The notes under the pieces were generated by a model. That model saw only the letters and a list, made by a program, of their open reading frames with translations. It did no database searches and had not been told where the DNA came from. From positions 186,001 through 250,000 of the forward strand of contig NIVC01000911.1 in assembly GCA_002269645.1 (NCBI GenBank): DNA of 64,000 bases. The letters are read 5' to 3'. The DNA comes from Macrostomum lignano. Taxonomy: Eukaryota. Position 1 is the first letter of the stretch. The number at the start of each line of letters is the position of its first letter. Both the position numbers and the translations under genes were made by a program. Of this stretch, positions 31,801 through 43,082 are shown piece after piece.

Positions 31801-34408
31801 TGGACTGAGTTGCCCGATCACTAGTTATGGGACGATGTCGCCTCAGAGCTCGCACAGACTCAAGAAGATCTTCTTGAAAACGAAGATTAGATATCTGCAG
31901 GCTATAAGGAGCCAGTGTACTTTGAAGTTACCCAACGCTACAAGAACTCCAAGTTTGAGCGTACTTGCAGGTGCATCGGAGAGTGAAATATCTCGAAGTG
32001 CTGATTAACAAGCTGCAATTGCTGTCCTAATTACATGGTCTTATTAGCAATACCTGGCACAGAGGAACACGGCACCGCGTCTATTTTGTTTGAGCTGAGA
32101 TCTCAGGCGCTTTGCTTCTCAAAGAGCCTGCTAAAACACAGTAAAAAGTGGCTCAGAAACAGGCTATTTTTGCAGAGAGGGTTTCTCTCCCCTGCTCTGG
32201 CAGATCTCTCAGCGACTTTGTCAGTTTCCTCAAGCATCGCAATTAATTGAACGCGTGTTGCCGGTAAAAAGACCCCGGAGTGAACATCGAATCAGTCTCT
32301 GATATGGGTAACACTGGTTAACAAGGAAGAAATGCTGGGGATAGTTCCACAGTGAGTAAAGACATCGAGCGAACTACATGAAATGAAATTGCTAGATGTC
32401 CTTCAGCTCTTTTAGCTAGTATGAAAACTTTTTATTAGAATGAACCTACTATGTCAACGTATTAGTTTGAGGCTTCGTGATATCTCAATCTGACAAAAAT
32501 ATGAAACCTGAAACCTGAACTATTAATAGAACTCACCGTGGTTGACAGCTGTTTTCCTAGTACTCTAGTTCGCCTCAACCGACGGTTGGCATCGTCCTGA
32601 CTTGATTGGCTTGTTCCTGTTGACTCTGCAAGGATGGGAAGCAAAACAAGCTTTACTAGCCATCTGGGTCAGTGTCACTAATAACAGTATGAATATGGGT
32701 GTGGTTTATTTTCTGGGTCTCTAAGGCCTAAAAATAGCGGCCTCGATCAAGGACAGGAGAGCTACCAGCGACAGATTGAGATTCTGTGATAAGGGAAAGA
32801 CAGGGGTAGGCACAGGAGTGGTTGTTGATAAAATCAGATTGGCTAAGGTGTGAAAAAAATCAGGGCATGGTGGAGGCGAGATGCGGTCGAAAATATTGAG
32901 ACTGTTTAAATATAACCGCTCTGGAGAGTGGGGTGGCTATTAAAAATAACAACCATGGGGAATGGGGTGGCTGTTTAAAAGTAACAACTCCGGGGAGTGG
33001 GGTGGCTAATAAAAATAACAACCACGGGGAATGGGGTGGCTGTTTAAAAGTAACAACTCTGAGGAGTGGGGTGGCTATTAAAAATAACAACCACGGGGAA
33101 TGGGGTGGCTGTTTAAAAGTAACAACTCTGAGGAGTGGGGTGGCTATTAAAAATAACAACCACGGGGAATGGGGTGGCTGTTTAAAAGTAACAACTCTGA
33201 GGAGTGGGGTGGCTATTAAAAATAACAACCTCGGGGAATGGGGTGGCTGTTTAAAAGTAACAACTCTGAGGAGTGGGGTGGCTATTAAAAATAACAACCA
33301 TGGGGAATGGGGTGGCTGTTTAAAAGTAACAACTCTGAGGAGTGGGGTGGCTATTAAAAATAACAACCACGGGGAATGGGGTGGCTGTTTAAAAGTAACA
33401 ACTCCGGGGAGTGGGGTGGCTATTAAAAATAACAACCACGGAGAATGGGGTGGCTGTTTAAAAGTAACAACTCCGGGGAGTGGGGTGGCTATTAAAAATA
33501 ACAACCACGGGGAATGGGGTGGCTGTTTAAAAGTAACAACTCCGGGAGTGGGGTGGCTATTAAAAATAACAACCACGGGAATGGGGTGGCTGTTTAAAAG
33601 TAACAACTCCGGGGAGTGGGGTGGCTATTAAAAATAACAACCACGGGGAATGGGGTGGCTGTTTAAAAGTAACAACTCCGGGGAGTGGGGTGGCTATTAA
33701 AAACAACAAACATGGTGAATGGGGTGGCTGTTTAAAAGTAACAACTCTGGGGAGTGGGGTGGCTGTTTTTGAATAGCAACTCTGGGGAGTGGGGTTGCTG
33801 TTTTCAAAAGCACAACAGTGGGGGAGTGGGGTGGCTGTTTTAAAATCTCAACAGTGAGAGTGGGATGGCTGTTTTACTATCTATAATCATACATGCAACC
33901 GGGACTGAGCTTGTGGGGGGGGGGGTAATTACGAGCGTATAAATCTCTACCTTCTACTAGCTGTGTTTAAACTGATCAACAGGTGACGTCGCGCAAAACC
34001 AAATTTTCAATCAGAGCCCTACCATCAAAAACTTTATCCTTCGTCTCTCCCTGCTCGTCGTTGTGTTTATTCCTCTTTAACTCAGTCTCGACAGACGTAT
34101 CCAAGTTGAACTCATCTCGCTCAGAAGGCATTGACTCGCCGAGCATGCTCCGTGACATTGGGTTGAACAACTCGCTCACGGGCCGTCGAGCACTTCTGGT
34201 GGCGCTTGACGAGCGTAGAAAGAAGAATCGCTGATAAGTGGCTGCTAAGTGACAGTTTTTGCTGTTGTCGTTGCTGCTGCTGCTAGCTGGCCGGACCTTC
34301 TGCCTGCTTGATCCGCTGACTCTGCGATGGTCTTCGAGGTTGCGCAGTGGATTCTGCGGCAACGGTGGCGGCTGCTGCTGCTGCGATAACTGATGAGCTG
34401 TCTGAGAC
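25870..34408 (-). CDS. CDK14: PFTAIRE cyclin-dependent kinase (CDK14/15, Eip63E-like). Core exons: 29557-29823, 28530-28609, 28097-28191, 27949-28011, 27455-27793, 26869-27217, 25870-25982. Probable N-terminal exons: 30375-30558, 31433-31487, 32537-32625, 34023-34408 (first in-frame ATG at 34158 gives about 589 aa)
   Basis: [32 protein letters not shown]|[55 protein letters not shown], and a C-terminal [10 protein letters not shown]. Core exon phases are consistent. The N-terminal exons are phase-compatible but lack homology support, and an alternative acceptor exists at 29833. Confidence 0.88.
26097..26800. repeat. About 12-bp minisatellite (AACTCACTCATG-type) in the last CDK14 intron; reverse-complement copy at 38965-39240
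   Basis: Direct. Confidence 0.93.
27290..27452. repeat. 18-bp minisatellite (GTAGATAAGGTAGCTACA) in a CDK14 intron
   Basis: Direct. Confidence 0.85.
28708..29510. mobile_element. Degenerate non-autonomous TIR DNA element (about 800 bp) in a CDK14 intron
   Basis: The left end CCACCGGAATGAAGCCCGAAGTCCAA, preceded by TTAA, is inverted relative to TTGGATACTTCTGGCTTCATTCCGGTG at 29481-29507. Confidence 0.6.
32925..33865. repeat. 69-bp dimeric (34+35 bp) G-rich minisatellite in a CDK14 intron
   Basis: Alternating units GAGTGGGGTGGCTATTAAAAATAACAACCACGGG and GAATGGGGTGGCTGTTTAAAAGTAACAACTCTGAG. Confidence 0.95.
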
Positions 34409-35445
34409 CTTTAAGAATGTGTCAGAGAATTTTATTGACAGTTGCGAAAAGTTAGAAGAGTGTATAGCACGTCCGACATTTTATATTTAATAACGATGGA
34501 AAGTTCCTTAATTATAACAAAAGGCGCAACTGCATTTGAGCAAGCCTTTGTTCTTCTTATCCACTTAGGTCCGCGGAACGTTTTCTTTCTACCTCAAAGA
34601 GATAAATTAGAGGCAGGAAAACTTGATACAGTAATAGCAATTATTAATTTGCTAATTGATTGCTACGCGTGCATTGCAATGTGCATACACATGTATATAA
34701 AGCACAGGATTTGAATAAATTGGAAAAGCAGCTACATAGCCAGACTGTAACTCATCCAACGTAGATAACAATATTCGAATATTAAAAAATCCCAAATTTC
34801 CGTAATTACGATAGTAGCTATTCAGAAGATAATATGTATACTTACATTTATATTTAAAATATTCTAAAGTTTAAAACCGAGACAGATGTACTTCTGATGC
34901 TATTTACATTTAGAATTTTATATAACAGAAATATGATATATCTACTATATTTTCAGTTTTGGCGGTCTTGCTTCTGCAAACAGTGTACACCACAAAAACG
35001 AATTTTGCTGTTTTTAAACACCAAACGCGTGGAAGACCGCGAAAATTTTATTGCTTTTGAAAACGTGGGAAAACTGACAAACTTTAACAAAATCGATGCA
35101 TTGCTGGATTAAGTCAGCAACTGTGATTATCTAGACAGAAAAAAAATGTACGTAAAAACGAAAAAATAGATTTTTAGATTTCTTTTAATGAATTTCAATA
35201 CATTTAAAAAAATTAGTATTATATTTTCACGAAAAGTCTTCCATTTAGCCTGTAGTATAATAAAGCACATAGATACATATATTTTTATTTATGTTCGGCT
35301 GCTTTCAAAGTAAGACTAATCAGTTTATTTGATAAAGAGCGAAGGTTAATTACATGCTACATTATAACAAGTTTATTCTAACAAAGCGTTAATTAAATAT
35401 TTGTTGCTACCGAAGATTTTGAATAAATTTATAGCTATAGTTCCA

Positions 35446-35955
35446 TCAGTGCACCGTAGTCCCACCGCTACTCTTCCTGTTTGGACCTCCATCGCCTCCC
35501 GTGGACAAATTTGGCGGGAAACGTCGAAAATGTTGATTAGAGTTGAACAGGCTCGGGTCGCGGCTCTCTCCTAGTCGTTGTTGGGCTGCCAAAGCCTGTA
35601 GGAAACTGCCAAGGCGAGGCTCGGGCCTGCGGAACTTCAGCACAGTCAGGCACAGCAGGAGATGGGCGACTCCGGCCGCGGCAGCGCCAAGTCCGACGTA
35701 GCACCAGACGCCGAGAGTTCGACTTGATTTTCCCTCTCTGCCGTAGGTGCCAGGCTTTAGCATGACCAAGCTGTCATTGTCGATGTCTCTCAGCAGCAGG
35801 GCTAGAGAGCTGAGACCGCCAAGAATGCAGCCGCAAATTGTCAGAGTGACCGGCGGCATGAGGTGAATATAGCGAAGACAGCGCACCTCGTCACATTCGG
35901 CCACCAGTTTCTGCTCCTTGTCTTCACTTCGATCGTATTCCAATGTTATTGTCAT
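35446..35955 (-). CDS. Intronless small membrane protein, 169 aa, two predicted TM helices, family unknown
   Basis: Non-repetitive GC-rich ORF starting MTITLEY. Hydrophobic segments are PVTLTICGCILGGLSSLALLL and LGVWCYVGLGAAAAGVAHLLLCLTVL, followed by KFRR. Confidence 0.65.
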   Translation of the reverse strand: MTITLEYDRSEDKEQKLVAECDEVRCLRYIHLMPPVTLTICGCILGGLSSLALLLRDIDNDSLVMLKPGTYGREGKSSRTLGVWCYVGLGAAAAGVAHLLLCLTVLKFRRPEPRLGSFLQALAAQQRLGESRDPSLFNSNQHFRRFPPNLSTGGDGGPNRKSSGGTTVH

Positions 35956-36212
35956 GCTTGTGTAGAATAAAATTGCTTTTCTGACTGTTTTTGACGGCAA
36001 TATGAACAATTGGTAGTTATTATATCGAAATTGAATTGGGATTGGTTGTAAATTAGCTATTGAACAATCTATCAATTTTTAAGCTGAAGCCACGGACTGC
36101 TCAATAACGGGAAGCTACAAAAGTTGGAGGCCTTCTAATAATATGTTAGTCCTCGAAAAGCATCACCAGGATAGGTTTTTACCATAGACAAAACTCACTG
36201 ACGACTTCTCTC

Positions 36213-36552
36213 CATGGATGAATGAATAGAATGGATTGCTATTCTGGCTCTGGCTATTTTCGTTTTTGACTCTTTTGCATCTGGTTCCCCCCGTGCCTTT
36301 TCATTGGTTGATGATTGCCATAGACAATTTTCGGCCTTCGCCCCTTTCTTTCGATGCACAAGCGCTTTCGCTCGTGTTTTGAAATAAAGGGGGAAGACCT
36401 ACGAGCGCTCGATATTCTCTGCAAGTAACTGACAATTGTCTATGGCAATCATCAACCAATGAAAAGGCACGGGGGGGGAACCGGATGCAAAAGAGTCAAA
36501 AACGAAAATAGTCAGAGCCAGAATAGCAATCCATTCTATTCATTCATCCATG
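36213..36552. mobile_element. hAT-type MITE, 340 bp, TIRs of about 117 bp, 8-bp TSD CTTCTCTC
   Basis: Arm 36213-36329 is the reverse complement of 36434-36552 (2 substitutions and a 2-bp G-run indel). CTTCTCTC occurs at 36205-36212 and 36553-36560. An 8-bp TSD is characteristic of hAT. Confidence 0.9.
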
Positions 36553-37055
36553 CTTCTCTCGCACTTGCAGACCTTTAATTTTTTCTCCTCTTAAATCGCG
36601 TTTTGATGCTCAGAATTCAGTCTTAACATGTAGCAATCGAAAATGCGGTACGCATGCAGTTGTTGCGGCTGCTATTCAATACATTATAATCCGCTTTAAA
36701 TATTCATACAGAAGTTCAAGAACGAAAGCAGGAATGCTACTTAGGTCAAAATTAGCTCGATAAAATAAATGTGTTATATTTAAAATGACATTTTCACGTT
36801 TTATTGTACTGCATTTCACGGAAGAATTGACAGTTGCAGATAATGGCACCTATACGGTGCAGTGCAGGCAAGCGTACAACAGCAATTGCTATGCAATTAT
36901 TAGCTTGGCTGCCAATGTCATACAGTGTGTACTTTTACTTAGAGCTGAAGTTGTCAAAAATGAGGTCATACCGGGTGTATGGAGAGTAAAAAAGTGTCAT
37001 GTACATCTGGAATAGCTAAAGTATGTCGACCATTTAGGTATATCGTTACTTTTGC

Positions 37056-37681
37056 TCACGCAGCAATCTGCAGCTCGCAGGCGTAGTCTTGTTGAGCAAT
37101 TTCGTACCTGTAAATCATTGGTTCGCCTTGCCCAGGACCGCAGTAGGTGGTCGCCTCGTCCGACACTCGCTTCACCTGCCTGAGCACAAGAACCTGACGG
37201 CTGCGCTGTACACAGCGTGTGTTGCTGGCGCTGATAAACTTTGTCCTACCGTCCGGGCAGAGGCACCGGGTCTGCGCAACCAGAGCCGGCTCTCGGGTCA
37301 TTTCCAAGTCGTCCAACAGCTGCACAGTGGGACAGATGGCGTCACTTTGAACGCCGCGGACAGACTGCAGGCTCTCAGGCGCGTCGCTGCATAGTTTCTG
37401 AGCAGCTGGCCTGATTTCGTTAACAAGCCGCTGGATTTCCGTCTGAGCTTTGGCAGCTTGGCTGGCATTGTAGCAGAGCACCACGCTGTCGCTGCCGTCA
37501 GGAAGTGGAAAGGCGCTGCTGATCTCGCAGGGAAGCAAAACCAGCAGCGGTAGGATGAGCCAGCATAGCGGTACCGCTGAAATTCACAGTTAGATCACAG
37601 TTAGATCACAGTTAGATAACTCAACTTTATATATGAACTCTGTGTACTGCATTTTCTTTACTTACCTTTATAAGTGTTCAT
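37056..37681 (-). CDS. Secreted IL-17-like cystine-knot protein; exons 37666-37681 and 37056-37576 (178 aa)
   Basis: ATG AAC ACT TAT AAA G|gtaagt..tttcag|CG gives MNTYKAVPLCWLILPLLVLLPCEISSA (signal peptide). The C-terminal half, AICPTVQLLDDLEMTREPALVAQTRCLC..CVQRSRQVLVLR..YRYEIAQQDYAC, follows the IL-17 pattern. A TATA box lies upstream and AATAAA downstream. The gene model is firm; the family call is pattern-based. Confidence 0.72.
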
Positions 37682-37742
37682 AGTTGTGCACAGGCGTACT
37701 GACGAATAGGTGCCTGATTTAATTTGAAAGACTGCTGCTTGA

Positions 37743-37748
37743 TTTATA
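37743..37748 (-). promoter_or_regulatory. TATA box (TATAAA) about 62 bp upstream of the IL-17-like ATG
   Basis: TTTATA on the plus strand at 37743-37748; the position fits a short 5' UTR. Confidence 0.5.
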
Positions 37749-38192
37749 TAGTTTTCTTCTGCAATCCAAGGCTTTCTCGCGGTGATTCCTTCAGCATTTG
37801 CTCTTATCTGGGACACGAAAATAGATAGACGAACGACTCAAATTATTTGGTTTTGACAAAAATAGCTCAAACGAATAACACTGGGGTGGTGCAGGGCAGC
37901 GATTAACCAAGTAACATGTACAGTTATGATTCATAAATTTGCATTCAAATAAAATACCGTGTCAAATATAGTGATTGCATAAAAATTGACTTGGTTATTA
38001 ATAAACTAACAGGATGATCGTCACGACTGAGTCAGTCGGTGTAGTCATGAACGCATTAAAAGATCGCAATGTTGTTTATTAAACTGCCGCCTTGTAAAAA
38101 ACTTTGAAGCGGCGCAAATGATATTATGATATCTAAAATTAAAATAACTATATCTACAGAAAAAAATATTTATCCATAATATATTTCTGCTT

Positions 38193-38216
38193 AACAACAA
38201 TAACAACAATAACATT

Positions 38217-38251
<35 letters not shown>

Positions 38252-38922
38252 AGTACTTCACCCGCGCAGTGGCTAGAAAGAGTGGAGAAGTCAGAGAGCG
38301 CCTCTCTGGACCAAAGCCCTAAAAAATTCACACCCCCGGCTTGGTCCCGGGCGCCAGCATCGGTCAAAAACCTGTCAGGGTATCTCGCTCGCGCGAACCC
38401 TGCAGCTTGAGCAGCAGCACCTCGTGCAGCGGCGAAGCGTCCAGCTGCCTCTCCAAAGCGTCCGTCAGGGTCCATGTCTCGGCGTTGTACAACAAGACAG
38501 TCTCAACGATTGCCTGAAACAGCCGACAGAAGCGCACAGAACGAAAAACGGCCCAAGTCAGTCCTCGTCGTCTCACCAGGTCGTCGGCAACGTCCGGCAC
38601 ACGAACATCGAGGTACAGGAACCGCTGGCAACGGGTAAGCATGATTGCATACCCGGCAGCGTCTCGGTAGTTGATCTCGGCAGGCAGGTCGGAGGGCACC
38701 GTGAAGACTACCGTCTTCCGCGCGTTCAGCATGAGACCGATTTGCTGACTTCAGCATAAAGGCGCTGAGCGCCTTCAGCCGACGATGACAGCAGCGCGAG
38801 GTCGTCCGCGTAGCCGAGAACGGAGAGCCGCTTCTCCGGGTGCCGCCGACTCGGGCGTCTTCTCAGCATGAAGCCGTCATCAGCACCCAATCCAGTTCCA
38901 GCACAAACAGGAAAGGCGCGAA
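38193..38922 (-). mobile_element. 5'-truncated, degenerate RTE-like non-LTR retrotransposon fragment with a (TTG)n tail
   Basis: Minus-strand translation gives APFLFVLELDWVL, LSVLGYADDLALL (RT YADD motif), IGLMLNARKT and RLFQAIVETVLLYNAETWTLT, with frameshifts. The simple-repeat tail is at 38193-38250. Confidence 0.85.
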
Positions 38923-38964
38923 TTTTTGTTGGTGAGTTCGTTAGTTGAGCTTATTATTGAATCC

Positions 38965-39240
38965 GTTCATGAGTGAGTTCATGAGTGAGTTCATGAGTGA
39001 GTTCATGAGTAAGTTCATGAGTGATTTCATGAGTGAGTTCATGAGTGATTTCATGAATGAGTTCATGAGTGAGTTCATGAGTGAGTTCATGAGTGATTTC
39101 ATGAATGAGATCATGAGTAAAATTCATGAGTGAGTTTATGAGTAAATTAATGAGTGAAGTTATGAGTGAGTTCATGAGTGAGTTCATGAGTGAGTTCATG
39201 AGTCAGTTCATGAGTGAGTTCATGAGTGAGATCGTGAGTT
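38965..39240. repeat. 12-bp minisatellite (ATGAGTGAGTTC), reverse complement of 26097-26800
   Basis: Direct. Confidence 0.92.
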
Positions 39241-40056
39241 GATTAGCAGCTTGGTGAGTAGCTTTACTCGTACTGACATGGCTACTCAAAGTTCGGTTCC
39301 ATGTTATCCAAATTAATGCATTTTTGGATAGCAACCCTGATTTGGGCAGCAACCCTGTCTCAGCTACTGTGTTTCACTATAACAATTTTAATTGTACTTT
39401 ACAGACACGGCCGAAAACTATGCATACAAATACAGAAGACGACTGGAGTTAATTTTTATCAGTATCTCAGCAACAAGGTACATATGTTTAAATGTCAGAT
39501 TAGAAATTTTCACGAGACCTAAGTTACATATTGGTTGCTTAGCGCTCACGTGATTTCGTAGATGAGAACATGTTTTATGTCATGCGAGTACGATGCTGTA
39601 TGTAATATTCAATTTTTTCAGTAAAATGTTGTTTTTCTCTTGTTAAATACAGTAAGCTGTGAAAAGCTGTACTTTTCATAATTTAGTTGGTTAAGCTCTG
39701 ACCATGCAAATTTATAAATTTATGCGACAGTTGAGCCTTCAGAATCGGTTTCCATCATGAGAAATAAATGATCTCCTCCTTCCCACCGGTATCTATGAGG
39801 TCCAGTTAGAAATTAAGCACTGTCTGTCTGTCTCTGTGCTCTGTCTGTCACTACTAATACAGACTACTTATGTTTCCTACAAATATGTGTTTAAAAGCCT
39901 ACTATCCTGAGCGGGTTAAGTAGTGAAGAGCAGTTTTTAAAGTCTGTTATTCAATCCTCATAATAAACTTCAAAACTGTTGCCCTGCAAATAAAATTAAA
40001 ATAAAACTGACAAATACTTGTAGCGTAAAATTATGAGGTGGATTAATGGTAAACCG

Positions 40057-40877
<821 letters not shown>

Positions 40878-41589
40878 CCACTAATAATTTTCTCAAATAT
40901 CTGTGACGTGAGAATACCATCTGGTAGAAATATTTACAGGCAGACCCAAAGTCGCCCAGAACTTTAAGTGCCGAACGTCTTTAAAAATAGCCTGAATCTT
41001 CTACCAAGCTTTTTTTGAGGCCTATTCCAACTTGAGTAGCTCTATGTGCCTGTGTACATGATCAGTCCCTAAGCGCAGGCCAATGTGATAGTGGAGCAGG
41101 ACTCTTAAGAAGGTTGGACAAATACACAGCTAAGTGTGCAGTACGACTCGGGTAATATATATCCCCCTCCCCAGGTGAGCCGTCACACCGCTAAGATTGC
41201 TTCTTTCAGAAACCGCGTCGCTGACCTCTCCCTCCCCCCCCCTATCAGCCCTCCGCTCCGCTATCTGCAGACCCGCCTACAGTTTTTAATTAGCGAGTGG
41301 GCCTTGAAGTCCAACTAGCAGTTTTTTACCTGTGTGTGAAAGAGGGGAGAGAGAGGGAATGAATCGACAACACACAGCGATTGAGACAAATGCTAAAAAA
41401 TAAGGATTTGTTCTCGAGCAAGTGGCCTGTCTCTTTTGACTCAAAAGCACCTCTGATTTTTCGCTAAGTGTTGCTTCAGAAGTTGCGCACTGCGCACAAT
41501 ACACTGTACTGAATTACCAGCGCTGCAATTCAGACACCTGTCTAATCTGCCTAATCTGAGGTCCGCTTCAATTTCTTATTTGCTCACAG

Positions 41590-41694
41590 CAGTCACTACA
41601 ACTCGTAATGGACGCTTTGCTAGCTCCACCAGACGGCAGTGCTGACCTGAACACTGACGGCTCCACCGCGGCTGACCACTTCTCTGCTCTGGTG
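41590..41694 (+). other. Exon-like segment ([35 protein letters not shown]) of an unassigned transcript
   Basis: Acceptor TTTGCTCACAG, donor GTG|GTAAGA directly before a (TGTC)n array, GC-rich open frame; no recognisable homology. Confidence 0.3.
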
Positions 41695-41706
41695 GTAAGA
41701 CTCTGG

Positions 41707-42143
<437 letters not shown>

Positions 42144-42684
42144 TTAGGATCTCCTATTCCGCAGTGAGTAGCGGATGCAGCGCCCACTACAAGATGAAAG
42201 CTAAGAGCAGTTTGGCCAAACGGAAGTGCATTAAATATTTGCTAAGTCATATTCCACTCCTAGGGAAGCTGTCTAGAGATGAGGGATCATTATTTGTGCC
42301 GAGAGGCCACACAGGGCAAAGCTAGCGGGGCTATTCTTGAGCTCAGCAAACAGGATCAATTAGATGCCTGTTTGATGGCGGTCAGGCAGTCAGAGATGAC
42401 TAAGAGAGGCAAATTGCGTATATTTGTAAGTTTCCGCAACACGGACCTTATTTTCGCCAGATTAATGATTAATGAGCTGACAGCTTTGCGGCAGATTAAG
42501 TCAATAATCAGCTTGAATCTTTATTGGCTTGTCTTGTCTTTGCGGCGGGAGTATAAAGCAAATATGTAGTATATTGAGTAGAATTTCTAGTATTACCGAA
42601 ATTTATAATTATTTTAGCTTTAGTAAACATAATGTATTTGGTGCTGGAATGTATCTTTTGTTCCTAGATCGGAAATCCCCAAAT

Positions 42685-42840
42685 CCTCAGAGATCCCGAA
42701 TTCCCAGAAATCCCAAATGCTTAGAGATTTCAAAACCTCAGATATCCCTAAATCCTCAGAGATCCCAAATCCTCAGAGATCCCAAATTCTCAGAGATCCC
42801 AACTCCTCAGAGATCCCAAATCCTCAGAGATCCCAAATAT
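42685..42840. repeat. About 17-bp minisatellite (CCTCAGAGATCCCAAAT) upstream of the NK2 gene
   Basis: Direct, degenerate. Confidence 0.8.
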
Positions 42841-43082
42841 TCCAGAAAACTACCCGACGAACAATCTCATAACTGATAATTATTATAATTTACGTCAATC
42901 ATAGCTCATGGAAGAAATATTTCCCGAAAACGCTTTCAAATCCAAAGGACGAAGCGGGCGGATTCACCTCAGCTGCGTCAACCAGCGTGCTATCCGAGCA
43001 TCACATTTTGTTAAAACGCGATCCAAGAAGTTCCGGCTTTGGCTGCGTTGACTTTTATGAAGACCGCGGCAACAGCGACGCC

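Noticed and set aside
38215-38475. ORF ending in poly-Cys, and the poly-Leu ORF at 38045-38251
   Set aside because: They are read-through of the LINE 3' region into its (TTG)n tail.
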